Assembly (NCBI RefSeq): GCF_000143415.4
Contig: NW_003314287.1
Location: 1,750,951-1,814,950, forward strand
DNA: 64,000 nucleotides
Direction: 5' to 3'
Source of the DNA: Selaginella moellendorffii
Taxonomy: Eukaryota; Plantae; Lycopodiophyta
Shown here: piece after piece, positions 13,149 to 26,240 of the stretch
How the letters are laid out: every line of letters begins with the position of its first letter
How positions within the stretch are numbered: position 1 is the stretch's first letter
Notes under the pieces: generated by a model
Seen by the model: only the letters and a program-made list of their open reading frames with translations
What the model was told of the DNA's origin: nothing
Database searches by the model: none
Translations under genes and position numbers: made by a program

Positions 13149-13595
13149 TTATAAATTACAAGTTGAAAATAATGATTTGGATGAGTTTATATTTGATTTT
13201 GTATCTAGAAGTTCATCCCTTGCATGCTCCACTCGTAAAGACATAGACCCATCAAGTAAAGTGAGTATGCTTCCTGGGTCATAATAACTAAGACATGTAT
13301 TCCATATATCTGTAACAGCTTCTGTAAAGTCATTAAATGTTGATTGGTGGTTCCATCCAATTTGAAGGAAGCAACCCAAAGTTCCAACTCTTGCAGTATA
13401 AAATCCAGATGCATATGAACTCTGTACAAAATTATTCCATACCATAGTTACGCATCTACAATATTCCTCAGGATTTGTTGCTCTTCTAAAAGTTCTAATG
13501 CATGTTTGAAAGGATTCATTGCAGGAGTAAGAGTGGGCTACTCTACAACAAATAAATAAAAGATATATAAATACAAGAGATTTCCAGAATTTCAT
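13149..13595 (-). CDS. Small secreted cysteine-rich protein of unknown family (148 aa), copy 1
   Basis: Intronless ORF from ATG 13595 (MKFWKSLVFIYLLFICCRVAHS-YS) with a hydrophobic signal peptide. Clear paralogs at 25794, 33193 and 53291. TATAAA ~35 nt upstream. Confidence 0.85.
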   Translation of the reverse strand: MKFWKSLVFIYLLFICCRVAHSYSCNESFQTCIRTFRRATNPEEYCRCVTMVWNNFVQSSYASGFYTARVGTLGCFLQIGWNHQSTFNDFTEAVTDIWNTCLSYYDPGSILTLLDGSMSLRVEHARDELLDTKSNINSSKSLFSTCNL

Positions 13596-14070
13596 ATTCT
13601 CACTAATAATTTTTATGGAATGCTTTGGGTTTATAAGATCCAAACAGAATAAAACAAAAACACATTAATAATTTCTAATGATAGACAATAATAAGCGTAT
13701 ATTCTTGTTTGTAGTTTTTGGAAAAATTATACTAGCTAAAATTTATAAACCAGATGAACTTCCTCAACACAAACAACCTCACAAGAGATATTAAAAGGTA
13801 GATGCAAACTTTGTCTCTCCTACTGACTCAACAAAAACACGACCGTCGATCACAATCCACACCAACCGAGCCCTCGAGAATCCTGGCGATGAGCACGGCG
13901 TCGATGTTCTGGTGGTCCAATCTAGCTTGGGTAATGTACAATTGTATTTCAATACAACAAAATTTCCTCTCTAAGTTTGCAGCAGCCCCCCTCCATCTTA
14001 TTACACTTCCTCGTGGAAATGGCAAAGAATCGCTCTCCTCCTTTTTGCTAACTTTTACCTCCCAAAGCGT

Positions 14071-15158
14071 TCAAGCTTGGGCCGAACGAGTCAAAAAGTC
14101 GTTGACGGCGAGGTTAGCATCGCCATGAGCAACCGCGTCTTCTGGTTCCGGCATGAATAAGGTGGCAGCGCTTGCCTGTGAAATAGAGGGAAAAACAAAC
14201 ATTGCAATAAATCAGAAAGTGAATCTCTACAAAATCTCTCATCGACAGTACCTTTGCATCGAATTGCCGCTCAGAACTAGCGCTGTCCACGACAACTTGC
14301 CCGCCATGAGCTTTCACCCATTCTTCGCACTCGTCGAGCACATCCTTGTCAGCCTGTGCTCCATTTGTGAATCCCAGCATCCGAGCTATCACTTCCAGAG
14401 GTAACGTCGGCCTGTACGACCGAGACATACACCTCAGGGCTTCAAAACGCATCCTCTCCACGTAAAGATCTGCCATATTACTTTCGCGTGAGCACCGCTT
14501 TTCTAAACTTCGAAGAGAAGAGGTCTTTACCCATCAAATAGAAGTTGAGATTTGGAGCCGTTTTGTATAGCCGGAAGAACATGATGTAGTTTCCCAGGGC
14601 CACGGCACCACGCACGGCTAAAGAGTGCTTAACTGCCTCGTCTTCTCGGGCCTCTGGTGTCAGCCTGTTACGTGGGAAAAAGGTCACTGGAGTTTCTAAA
14701 CTACTTATAGGACATACCTTGCTATTGATGACAAAAGATCTCGGTTACTTCCATTCTGGAAAATAATATACAACAAGCTGTACGCGGTGAATTCGTTACA
14801 GCAACCGGAAATCCCCTCGGAGTAAAGAGTCTTTAGCTGTGTTTGGCACTGAAACCAGCAAGAAAGGATCAATGGCCAGACAAACTACAAAGCAGAATGT
14901 ATACCTGATTGTATTCTGCCAGGTCACCTGCTTCTAATGCTGCTCGAGCATGAACTTCGTACACCTGTATTATATATTAGCAGTTGCAAAAAGAAAGAAA
15001 TAAAAAATTAAATCAACCTGGACAGTGAGTTCATTCCGTATTCTCTATACCGTAAGATCTTGTCTAATTGACTTTAGCTGCTCGCACTTGTAGAAATAGT
15101 TTTTGGATGTCGACTCCACCATTTTCAAAGCCTTCGTAAGTACCTCTTCCGGTCTCAC
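14071..15158 (-). pseudogene. 5'-truncated SAC3A (SAC3/GANP) duplicate with a nonsense mutation
   Basis: Only the 3' exons are present; homology ends at ~15194, inside an intron. Codon CAG in TVQRIR is TAG here (A at 15047 versus G in the intact copy). Confidence 0.85.
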
Positions 15159-15739
15159 CTAAACAAACAAGCTCATCAGCACGAGAACTTACAATATAAC
15201 TTACACTACGATCATGGATGGACTCCTCCATGCTTGGCTCCATGGGCCACCCCTTTTGAAGTTAGCACCTTCAACTAGGGAATTTGTTCCCCTGACTTGC
15301 CACTCTCGCTTAGCAAGTCATCCAACCAATGTAACATGGTTTCATGCATAAGCGTGAAAGTCCTTTACCATCGACTTTCGTTCAAAGTCATCCCTTTGAA
15401 AACTCGGGAACTACTTCCCCAACCTTGATAGCACTGCCTTATGGCAAACTTCAAGACCACGCTTTTGCTACACCACTCTGATTTCACGCGTTCTATGAAC
15501 CATTTACACTTAGCTTTCTAGTTACTATGCTACCTAGAATTGTCTTTGGAAACCTTGAAGGAACTTTGTCCTTTAGCTTGCTAAGGCCTCTCCTTTTGCA
15601 AGCTTTTTAATTGCTATATGATTTAGCATGGATAATTTCATACTTTAGACTTTCTACCATGCTTTAACAAGTATTCTTAAGGATGAACCTACCCGATAGC
15701 CTAGGGAGTGGTTTCTCAATTCGGGTATACTCACCTTAT

Positions 15740-16333
15740 TGTAAGCAACCAAAGGGAACGACTCGAGAGACGATCCATGGGGTTCAAATATAGAGGGAAA
15801 GGGCCCATGAACAAGAGTGTACCCCCTTTTCCAATCGGTTAAGGGTCTTGGGATACTTGGGGTTAAGCGTCCTTGGGTTTGAATAGTACTGGGCTGGGTG
15901 ACCTCCCGGGAAGTCCAAACTCAAGAGCTTACATTTGGTATCAGAGGGGTCTCGGGTCCGACTCTGTTGGTTGGCTTAGGGGAATCGCACCACATGTTGA
16001 TTGACATCTGGCTGGTCCAGTTTGCTCCCACTGGGCTCGACCCGAGGGGTAGGGTGTCAAGAGAGCGAGGCTCTCGGGAGAGCTGCGGCTCTCAGCTTCC
16101 GTTCACGAGGGCGTGAACTTGCAGGGAAGCGTGGTGGATTGTAAGCAACCAAAGGGAACGACTCGAGAGACGATCCATGGGGTTCAAATATAGAGGGAAA
16201 GGGCCCATGAACAAGAGTGCACCCGCTTTTCCAATCGGTTAAGGGTCTTGGGATACTTGGGGTTAAGCGTCCTTGGGTTTGAATAGTACTGGGCTGGGTG
16301 ACCTCCCGGGAAGTCCAAACTCAAGAGCTTACA
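15740..16333 (+). mobile_element. Intact Cassandra-type TRIM (594 bp) with 5S rRNA-derived LTRs
   Basis: 194-bp LTRs at 15740-15933 and 16140-16333 with two mismatches and TG...CA ends. PBS TGGTATCAGAG at 15936, purine-rich tract before the 3' LTR, perfect TSD CTTAT. An empty site is present in the paralog at ~2420-2430. Confidence 0.93.
15862..15916 (+). promoter_or_regulatory. 5S rRNA-derived segment (Pol III A-box / IE / C-box region) in Cassandra 5' LTR; repeated at 16262-16316
   Basis: GTTAAGCGTCCTTGGGTTTGAATAGTACTGGGCTGGGTGACCTCCCGGGAAGTCC closely matches the plant 5S rRNA internal control region (GTTAAGCG..CTTGGG....A.TAGTACT.GGATGGGTGACCTCC.GGGAAGTCC). Confidence 0.88.
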
Positions 16334-16761
16334 CTTATAATTCCACACACCAGAATTAATGTTGCTATATATGAGCCTTTATATGCCTATCACTAGTCTT
16401 GCCAAAATTTCATTTTTGGCTTTGTCTAATTTAGGTAAACGGACTTTTCCCGTCTTTGCAACCTTGAACATTTGGATAGTACTTTTTATCCATCATTCGT
16501 TAAGGACTTAGTCCCTTAGGCCTTATTTATTGCCCTTGCGACATTAAACAACACCTCCTAGTGTTCTAGAGTGTTTAGGTGTCCCAATGATGGCATCTTT
16601 GCCAATAAGCATTCCCTTTAACGACATTGACTTACTATATCGGCACATAAGCAATTTATCCCCCCATCAGGGTATATCTAACTTCCTTATGCTATTAAGA
16701 AGTTTTGGGTAGCTGCCTACTACCAGTTTAACTGATTATTTTGCACCTTTTGCTTAGTTGC

Positions 16762-18564
16762 TGTGAAACACAAAATCCCTAGGCCCCAAAGTGGAGCCAG
16801 AAGGGCGCCACGTGGTAGTGGCCGAAGCGAAAGCCAAACAAGCATAACACGTTTGGACTAAAAGCTCCAACTTGATAGGTCGAGAGCGGGAGTGGAACTC
16901 CCAACAAAGTGCTCGAGGAATGAGCACGAAGCGAGCAATAAGCAAGGCTCTAAAAAGGGACCCGAGATGGAGTCTGAGATGGAGTCCGAGATGGAGTCCG
17001 AGACGGAGTCCGAGATGGACCCGAGACGGAGTCCGAGATGGACCGAGACGGAGTCCGAGACGGAGTCCGAGATGGAGTCCTAGACGGAGTCCAAGATGGA
17101 GTCCAAGACGGAGTCCGAGATGGACCTGAGACGGAGTCCGAGATGGACCTGAGACGGAGTCCGAGATGGACCTGAGATGGAGTCCGAGATGGAGTCCGAG
17201 ACGGAGTCCGAGATGGACCCGAGACGGAGTCTGAGATGGACCGAAACGGAGTCCGAGATGGAGTCCAAGATGGACCCGAGATGGAGTCCGAGATGGACCG
17301 AGATGGAGTCCGAGATGGAGTCCGAGATGAAGTCCGAGAAGGACCCGAGATGGAGTCCGAGGTCGAGACCGGGACCGAGATCGAGATTGGGACCGAGACC
17401 AAGGCCGAGACCGAGACCGGGACCGAGGCCGAGACCGAGGCCAAGGCCAAGGCCGAGACCGAGCCCGAGCTCGAGTCCGAGTCTGAGTCCGAGTCCGAGT
17501 CCGAGTCCGAGTCCGAGTTTGAGTCTGAGAGGGTGAAAGCCCTAAGCGTTCGTCTCCCAGACCCTGGGGGGTTTGGTGAGCTCCAAAAGTATAGTAAGGG
17601 GAGGACTGCAGTGGAGCCAGTTTGGCTAGGAAAGGCTAGTTTGGCTAGGAAAGGCCAGTTTGGCCAGGAAAGGCCAGTTTGGCCTAGGAAAGCCAGACCC
17701 AGTGTTGGGTGATGAACTGACCACTGGGAAGTCCAAGACTAGAGTGAATACAGACCAACAAGCGGGGTAGCTTGGTGAAGTGTTCAAGAGCTAGCTCTAG
17801 TTCCCCCGGGAGATCGACTGGTCGATGCTCCCAGTCCAAGTGTGGGTGGCACTACCTACTTGGATACCTGGCGTGGCTCAACAGAACCTCGCTCTAAGCC
17901 CATGGCTAGAGCACCCAAAGGCGGAAAGCGGGGAGAGTACCCACGAGGCTCGCATAAGGCGACAGTGTTCCGAAATGTTGTCCCAAAGTCCCAAACTATA
18001 GAATGGAAGAGGAGTAATCCTCTAGTGTGGTGACCAAGGATACAATCATGTGGTGAGAAAGTCCCAGAGGACCATGGGACTTAGTGGTCGGGCTTGTGGG
18101 CCTTGATCTAGTGGCATTGTTGGCGAATATGGCCATGGACTGAAAAGGGACTTGGTAGGAACTGATAAAGGGATATTGGGGAAGGCTATTCCCCATGTCT
18201 GTGGGCATCCTAAGGATGTTAAGGAGTGGATCTAGGATTATCACTCGTGGATGGATGTCCCAATCCTTGAGAGACGGGACTGCGATGCAGGTGGTGTTAA
18301 ACCATCGGTGTGACCAAGGTGAATGGGCATGGCTTTAGCGTAACGGGCTGATATGTCGGTGGTACCTTGGGGTGTCGGTCATGGGATTAGACACGTGGAG
18401 CACTAGGACCAAGTGCAATGGTGGAGTGGCATGGTTGCCATTCTTGGGGCTAATAAGTCCCTAAGTCCAGAATAGGACTTATGGAGGTTGTGAGTGAGAC
18501 TCCTCCAAGTGGTTGAAGGTGTGGTTAAGTGACTAAAGTAGAATGGAAAATTTAGTTGTTTACA
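16762..18564 (+). mobile_element. Solo LTR, family A, inserted into its own family's internal region
   Basis: TGTGAAACAC...TTTACA with perfect TSD GTTGC. The empty site TTAGTTGCCTCATAG is at ~2844-2858. Minisatellite at ~16958-17530. Confidence 0.92.
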
Positions 18565-19844
18565 GTTGCCTCATAGTTATTAAGGTCTACAACTCATTGC
18601 TGGTGCTTCCACACCTCCATTATTATCTAGGTCACCACACTCCAACTACATGCCTTCCAGTTTAGGCTATACCATTCCCATTTCCATTAGGATTCCTTTG
18701 GGAAGGGGTTCTTGTGAATCCGTCAACTCACCTTAAGGCATCACGCTTTGGCACATTTAATGTCTTTACACTATTGGCTCCACGAGCCTACCTTTATGAC
18801 ACTTCCTACTTGTGTCTAGGTCCTTGCCAAGACCAATATAGTTCTTTCTCATGCCAACTATCCGTTAGCACTGCACTATAGAGTTTACTCACAACTTTGT
18901 GTCATAGTTATTTTCTTCTGGGAACACCTTCCCCACAACTTTAATATAGCCCATTCCGCCCTCAATGAGATACTCACTATTCTCATACTTGGATTTTATG
19001 ATCCTCCCCAACCTTTGTGGGGCACAATACACTTCAGTCCAAATGTTTTTAGCAACCCTTAAGACCATTCCTTGACTCTACTTGAGTCATCTAGCATTTT
19101 TGAACTTTAAAATCTAATGACCTATAAAGTCTTATTTGAAGTGCCAACTCGCTGGAATACAACTTCTTGTATTCATTTCCTACTCACAAGGACCATCTTT
19201 GCAAGTGTCACTCCAACACTTGATGTTATTCCATGGGGCAACCTTTGCCCCTTTGGACTATTTATCCATGTGATGAAAATACCAACTCATCCTCTAAGTA
19301 CACCCCTAACTCCTTGGGCTGTTTCAGCATTTATAATGGGTAGCCTTGGCTACCATTTCAAGGACTTGTGTCCTCTTCCATATTTGACTTTCCATGGTCA
19401 TTAATTTTGGTCTCAAATTCATAAGCACTAACCTCAACTATATGAGGATAATCTTGTGCCTCCTTTATGGTTTTGGAGTCTTTATTTTTCCCGTGATCCC
19501 AACTATAGTTGTTTACCACAACTACATTAGCCACTTTGCTAAGCCAAACGGTCATCTAAATCACATCCTCAACTCTTTGAGGAAAACCTTATACTGTTCC
19601 CAAGATCCCGAAGTCGTTCCATTATTAGCCCTTTTTTATCCACCACCTCACCTACCAGTTCACACATAAACTTTATTGGAGAGCCATGTTTTCTCGACTT
19701 GCTACTCCTCATAGATAGGCCCACCTCTAGGACCTTCCAATGCTAACACCAGTGGTGATATACTTGAGCACCAATAAAAGTCGGACTAAGGAAAAGCTTT
19801 GATACCAAGTTGTAAGCAACTAATTTTTCCATCCTACTTTAGTC

Positions 19845-22800
19845 GATCCTCCATAAATCCATCTATAGTAAGATGTAACTCACTTCATAACAAACACAAG
19901 AAAAATCATCAATGATCAATATATTCCAACTCAAATCCAATAAGGACTCAACATTGTCAATATCGATCACTAACTCTTGTTTTTGTAGAGTTAGCATAGT
20001 CAACAACTAAATCTCTTTTCAAGGAAAAGCTCAAAGCTCAACCTCGACCAAGCAATCTTGTCTAGAACACAATTAACTCAAATTTGCCACTCAGATCATT
20101 TGAACATCAATATAATTGCTAACTAGCAAATGCACCAAATGCCAATAACACAAAGCTATAGCCCAAACATCAACACTTTGCATCGAGACTAATGAAACTC
20201 AATATCAATCTTACGGAAAGACATCTCCTTTCACTTACATCTCAACATCAATAATATTAACGATAAGGCATCACTTGAATGTTATCAACACCAGAACAAA
20301 GCTAAAAGAAAGCAAGAGTGAATCACCACCCAAAGCTCTCTAGCAACCAAGCTAACCAAAGTCGAAGATACTTAGTTAGTATCCGAGACCAATTCTTCAG
20401 CAATACTTAATTTCAGATAACACATTATCAAGGAGTGATTCACCACAACCACGACTCAAATGAAATCCAACACTACGGACCAAATGTAACCAAATGATAT
20501 CGAGAGAGGTAGAGTCGACATGCCAACATGAAAAACTCATGTAAGTCTAATGACACGATCCTCCGCAACACCATCTGGTAAAGCAAACCCATCACTACTA
20601 AATCATCATCGAGCAAAGCAAATGTCAACAGTCCTTGACGAAGTCTATAAGTAATCACTAGTCGCAAAGCAACTAACAATCACTCCTCAACTTGCCTTCA
20701 CAAGACCCAAACACTAATTTATGTTATCAAGTTATATACTTGTCCAATATGAACATAACACCTCAGGTACGAGATAAAGGTTCATGGACAAGCACAAACT
20801 AAATAACCACTCGAATCCAACTCAACCGCAATAATCTCACCAACTTGTTTAGCCAATAGCTCTGAGCATGCCTTGAAGAGGCTAGCTATGCATGATCAAC
20901 ACTCAGTCGAAACTAAAGTGAAGACCATAAGATGAATTCATATCGGTACACAACCTCCTCATAGACAAAGCTATAGTACGGGTACCCACATTTCAACTAC
21001 AAATAACTAAGTTGAACATTTCCATCCTCAGCCAAGGCGCAAGGCCACCAAGACCAAGTTAGGATCAGTGAGAGCTCACTACTCTCATAGAGTCTAAATG
21101 AAATGCAAGGTGCAACCTGCCACCAAGCATAACGCTATAAAAGAAAGGCACAAGGATTACCCTTCTTAGAAAAGTGTATTGGCCACTTTTCTACACCAAC
21201 TCCAGACTTTATCCAACTCAATTGCCTTAGTCCCAAAAGTCAGCATCCTTTTTGGGCTGCATCATACAAACTACTTACTAAGGTTTAAACCAACTAAAGT
21301 CAACTTCAACTCTTTCACTAGTTTGTATTGGCTTACGACAACGGAATGGTTTTCGAGCAAAGTGACCAACAGATTAGCCATTGGAAAAGCCTAAGTAAAT
21401 TATGGAAAATTTTCCATCCCAAAGAAAGAATGACTCTTAGTCTAGGAATGCAAACTTTCAAGACTCAACCAACTTCCTCCTACTAACAACTTCACATAGG
21501 TTCACCTCAACACCAATTCTCATGACCCATAGTATGCTAAAGCATCAAACATCTTTGCCCATACTTCCGACATCCAACATTGACATCCGCAAAGTGCAAA
21601 GTGAACATCTAAGGCTTGATCACGAAGACCATATCTTCGGATATTCACGTTGCACTAACACTCTTCTTCAACCACTTTCAAGATTTAATGTGAAGCCAAA
21701 ACACTAACAAAAAAAATGACATGGAAAATCAAACTCTAAGGAAAATCCTTATCACTTGAAATAACAATGCCACTTCCACTAACACAAGTGCTAGCAATGT
21801 TAATGCCTCAACTACACACCTTCTCCATCCAACAATTTACTCCAAGTGCTAACAGATCAGCCGATGAACTATAGCAAATGAATGCTACAACTCTTTTCCA
21901 ACACCTTATGGGCAAACCCAAGGAACAAAATACCAACTTAAGCTTAGTATAATGGACCACCATTGAGAATCCAGTCAAAGCTACTACAATGTTACTTCGT
22001 GCAAGTAGACTAGCTTCACTATCAACCACTTTGGGGTTGATCATCATTTACCCAAACAACTTCGTAAACACATTGCTTATTATCACATGGATATGATATA
22101 AGTATCACAATGAATTGATCATCAATTGAGCAACAGCACAAGCAACACCCATGTCATTACTTCAAAGGTTTATATGAATATCAAGTGCTAACTCAATTCG
22201 ACAAAATGCAACATAAATGCCACACTCCACCAATATTACAACACCTAACATCACTAACTTTTGTTCACAACACGGACAAACTCATGCCACTCTTTTTCCG
22301 ACCAAACTCAACACTAATCCAACACCAAGCTACTCAAGGAACAATAGCAAGGTTCCCCAGAAAAGAATTGAGCATTGAAACCTAAGTCTTCCAATAGTGA
22401 GCCTAGACAAAATGGTTTAGCGTTTCACCACTATCTATCCCATAACTCATGGCTTGATTAGAAAGATTTGTATCTTTGGATATCCACATTGCATTAACAC
22501 TCTTTTTCAACCACCTTCAAGATCTAATGTGAAGCTAAAATACTAACAAGAAAAATAACATGGAAAATCAAGTTCTAAAGAAAATTTCTTATCACTCAAA
22601 ATAACAATACCACTTTGAGGTGTGACACATTGCTCGTGTTCACATCATGCAATCAAGAGTCCCTATCCCGATGCATGTTGGAAATGATGGTCTTACAAGT
22701 ACAAATCATCTCTCAAAGAAGAGAAAATGATTTACGTGTTTGATCCTTCGTCCTTAACGACTCTCTTTTCGGGCTCATCTTTGACTAAACCTCAAGCTTG

Positions 22801-24350
22801 CTTTCGCACTTCCTTTAGTCTAATTCAAGAAAAGTTTATGAGAGAGCACGGCAATGACTACTTGAACCAATAGACTAATCCCTATAGTCTTGATTGATCC
22901 ACTTATAATCATGCCTAGGAAGAATCCACTAGTGTCGTGCTAAACATCTACGGACCAGCCTATTTGCCACTTATAGCAAACCCAGGGAAGGTTTACTTTC
23001 ACCCACGGTACATGGAACAACTCATGGAACTACCAATAGGCTAACATTAATCCTGCCAACTCAAAGTGTAACCTCGAGTTTCTAGTGTGCCTCACTCACG
23101 AGCCCAAGCGCAAACTCGTATAAAACGGTACACCTCAAACCCATCATATGAGCACAAGAGCAAGCTCACATCATAAGGTACAGCAAGGTAACCAAATCCA
23201 TACCCAAGGGACAATTGCAAAGCCTTTGCACCCAAACGTGTACCCACTCGGATCATCATTTTCATCTCTGCATATGCAACGAAACTGTCGCGAATGTGAC
23301 TTTGGGTATCGAAAGTTACCTGTCGGCTAGTCCTTACGGACACTCTTACCTTACTGCCANNNNNNNNNNNNNNNNNNNNNNNNNNNNNNNNNNNNNNNNN
23401 NNNNNNNNNNNNNNNNNNNNNNNNNNNNNNNNNNNNNNNNNNNNNNNNNNNNNNNNNNNCCCAAGCATACAGCCCAAGGAGCGAAGGGACAGGAGCCCGG
23501 AGCGACTTGGAACAGTCCTGGAGCAACTAGCATCCCAATGCCAGGACCAGCACGCAAAACGGAGCCAAATGGAGTTTGGCACTATTTCGGCATACCGGTG
23601 GCCTAACACAAGGATATGGGTACTCCACCAGCTAGCATGGAATAGAACTTGGGCTTAGACCCAAGCCGGACGTAGAACAAGGACAAGCACGCAAGCGGGA
23701 GCTAGACTATGCCTCAAGTTGGTCGGCCATGCCCAACCTGCCCACTATCCCTACTATACATTTGGAACCCCCCACATCCCCCCCCCCCCGAGGGACACAC
23801 GCTTTGGGCTTTCACCCCAAGCCTCCCTTAGTATCAAGAGTTAGTCTCTGGAACAAGCTCAAAACTTACTAAATATGGAATGGCGCTAGATTGCGAATTT
23901 GGACACAGGAGAAACACTATTGTGTTCAAGCCAATCTCTACATTCCGTAGATATGCCAAATGAGCAAATCTGGACACTTTCCATAAATAGCATTTGGGAC
24001 TGAAATGAGACTAACACAAAGGGCATGATAGCAAGGGTGTTTGGCAAACACGGTAAGTTATCATTTAGCGAATATTAAGGGACCAAGCTCAATATCGCAG
24101 GGGTTCCCAACACTAGCAAGTGCAAGTCAACGAATGAGTTTCTCTAACCAGGTCAAGTATGTTTAGGAATTCCTTCCTTATGCTTATCTAGTCAAGTGCA
24201 CACGCGAGGACTAGTTTCTCAACTAGCTTAGGCGGAGACTGATAACAGGTCTAACAATACTGACCTCCTACCGTCGTGGCAGTAAGGAAAGAATATCCAA
24301 AAGGACTGGCCGATAGGTAACTTTAGATACCCAAAGTCACATTCACGACA
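19845..24350. mobile_element. Patchwork of degenerate, probably retroelement-derived fragments containing an assembly gap
   Basis: No intact ORF and strong strand skew. Internal ~150-bp direct repeat (21630-21780 vs 22467-22615). Shares the GCTTTGGGCTTTCACCC motif (~23801) with family A LTRs and ends in ...ACA at 24350. Confidence 0.45.
23360..23459. other. Assembly gap (100 N)
   Basis: Run of N. Confidence 0.99.
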
Positions 24351-25088
24351 GCACTGCCGTGGACGGAGTGGGATTTAGTAAAGACCGAAGAGGGATATTG
24401 GGGAAAGGTGTTCTCCATATCTTTGGGCATCCTAAGGATGCTAAAATGTGGTTATGAGATAACCATTCATGGATGAATGGCCTAGTCTTTAGTTGACAGA
24501 TTTGTGGTACATGTGGTTTTGGACTATTAATGAACAAAGGCAAATAGACATAACCTTAGAGTAATAAGCTAACATGTCAATAGTACTTTGGATGTCTATG
24601 AAATTAGACACATGAAACATTTGGACCAAGTGTAAAAAATAGAGTGGTGTTGAGGCAACCCATGGAGATAGTAAATCCTTAAGTTGAGAATAGAATTTAT
24701 AAAGGTTGTGAATGAAACTCTTCCAAATGGCTAAAGGTGTGGTTAAATGATTAAAGTAGAATAGAAAAATTAATCGCTTACACTAAAGGCCCAACTACTA
24801 AGTCTCACTAATCTTTGGGACTGTTGACTATATTACCAAGCAAAATGGCCTCTAGATTAGTAAGGAGAGGCATCTATCAAGGCATTGAGATGGCATCATA
24901 GAGAGCATCAAGGTATGGATTGCAAATATGGAGTTGAATTTCCCTAACACCATGTCAACTCTAGGATGAACAATCTAACACTTAGTTCTTTATGAGTAAG
25001 CTTTTTAGGATAAAATTACATAAAATTTATTAATATCATTATTTTCCATTATTTCTAACTTAAGAATTATTTATAGAAATTAAAAGAA

Positions 25089-25449
25089 NNNNNNNNNNNN
25101 NNNNNNNNNNNNNNNNNNNNNNNNNNNNNNNNNNNNNNNNNNNNNNNNNNNNNNNNNNNNNNNNNNNNNNNNNNNNNNNNNNNNNNNNNNNNNNNNNNNN
25201 NNNNNNNNNNNNNNNNNNNNNNNNNNNNNNNNNNNNNNNNNNNNNNNNNNNNNNNNNNNNNNNNNNNNNNNNNNNNNNNNNNNNNNNNNNNNNNNNNNNN
25301 NNNNNNNNNNNNNNNNNNNNNNNNNNNNNNNNNNNNNNNNNNNNNNNNNNNNNNNNNNNNNNNNNNNNNNNNNNNNNNNNNNNNNNNNNNNNNNNNNNNN
25401 NNNNNNNNNNNNNNNNNNNNNNNNNNNNNNNNNNNNNNNNNNNNNNNNN
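25089..25449. other. Assembly gap (361 N)
   Basis: Run of N; corresponds to 12446-12806 of duplicate copy A. Confidence 0.99.
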
Positions 25450-25793
25450 ATTACTTAATTTTTAAAATAAGAAAAAAAATTAATTTTTTTAATGATTTTA
25501 TAGTTGATAATGAGACTTCTTTTAAATCTCATTCCATGAATTTGAAGAAAGCATAATAAATTATTATTGAAGATATTAATAACACTCTTCAAAATATATC
25601 AATTATATATTGTAATATATAGTACAAGATTTGTAAACAGTTTTTAAGTTAAAATAATGAAATTATAAAAAACTAATATAATAATAATAAGTAAATAAAA
25701 GTGAATTATTTTTTATCAATATTTCTAGTTCTTACTTTTTCATATATATATATATATATATAATTTGAGAAATATAAATTTGATAAATATATT

Positions 25794-26240
25794 TTATAAA
25801 TTACAAGTTGAAAATAATGATTTGGATGAGTTTATATTTGATTTTGTATCTAGAAGTTCATCCCTTGCATGCTCCACTCGTAAAGACATGGACCCATCAA
25901 GTAAAGTGAGTATGCTTCCTGGGTCATAATAACTAAGACATGTATTCCATATATCTGTAACAGCTTCTGTAAAGTCATTAAATGTTGATTGGTGGTTCCA
26001 TCCAATTTGAAGGAAGCAACCCAAAGTTCCAACTCTTGCAGTATAAAATCCAGATGCATATGAACTCTGTACAAAATTATTCCATACCATAGTTACGCAT
26101 CTACAATATTCCTCAGGATTTGTTGCTCTTCTAAAAGTTCTAATGCATGTTTGAAAGGATTCATTGCAGGAGTAAGAGTGGGCTACTCTACAACAAATAA
26201 ATAAAAGATATATAAATACAAGAGATTTCCAGAATTTCAT
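25794..26240 (-). CDS. Small secreted cysteine-rich protein of unknown family (148 aa), copy 2
   Basis: Protein identical to copy 1; one synonymous substitution seen (TCT/TCC). Confidence 0.85.
   Translation of the reverse strand: MKFWKSLVFIYLLFICCRVAHSYSCNESFQTCIRTFRRATNPEEYCRCVTMVWNNFVQSSYASGFYTARVGTLGCFLQIGWNHQSTFNDFTEAVTDIWNTCLSYYDPGSILTLLDGSMSLRVEHARDELLDTKSNINSSKSLFSTCNL

Larger units (their letters stand above)
11703..15194. repeat. Segmental duplication, copy A (near-identical to 24350-27839)
   Basis: Collinear match with only scattered substitutions. It spans an LTR fragment, an AT-rich tract, the small secreted protein gene and the SAC3A 3' exons. Confidence 0.95.
15210..19844 (-). 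mobile_element. Second minus-strand family A internal region with PBS and ~34 bp of truncated 5' LTR; hosts a Cassandra and a solo LTR
   Basis: Near-identical to 1300-4118 apart from indels and nested insertions. GCTTTGATACCAAGT-TGTAAGC at ~19796-19817. Confidence 0.85.

Noticed and set aside
13596-13643. N-terminal extensions of the small-protein ORFs in the ORF track (also 26241-26288 and 53738-53851)
   Set aside because: They start at non-ATG codons, overlap the TATA box and are not conserved among paralogs. The downstream ATG gives a proper signal peptide.
15862-15916. Possible 5S rRNA gene
   Set aside because: Only ~55 nt of the internal region is present, inside an LTR; there is no 5S 5' end or T-run terminator.
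16958-17530. CRISPR-like regularly spaced repeats
   Set aside because: No unique spacers and a eukaryotic context; this is a tandem minisatellite.
23092-23658. ORFs spanning the N run
   Set aside because: Artefacts of the assembly gap.
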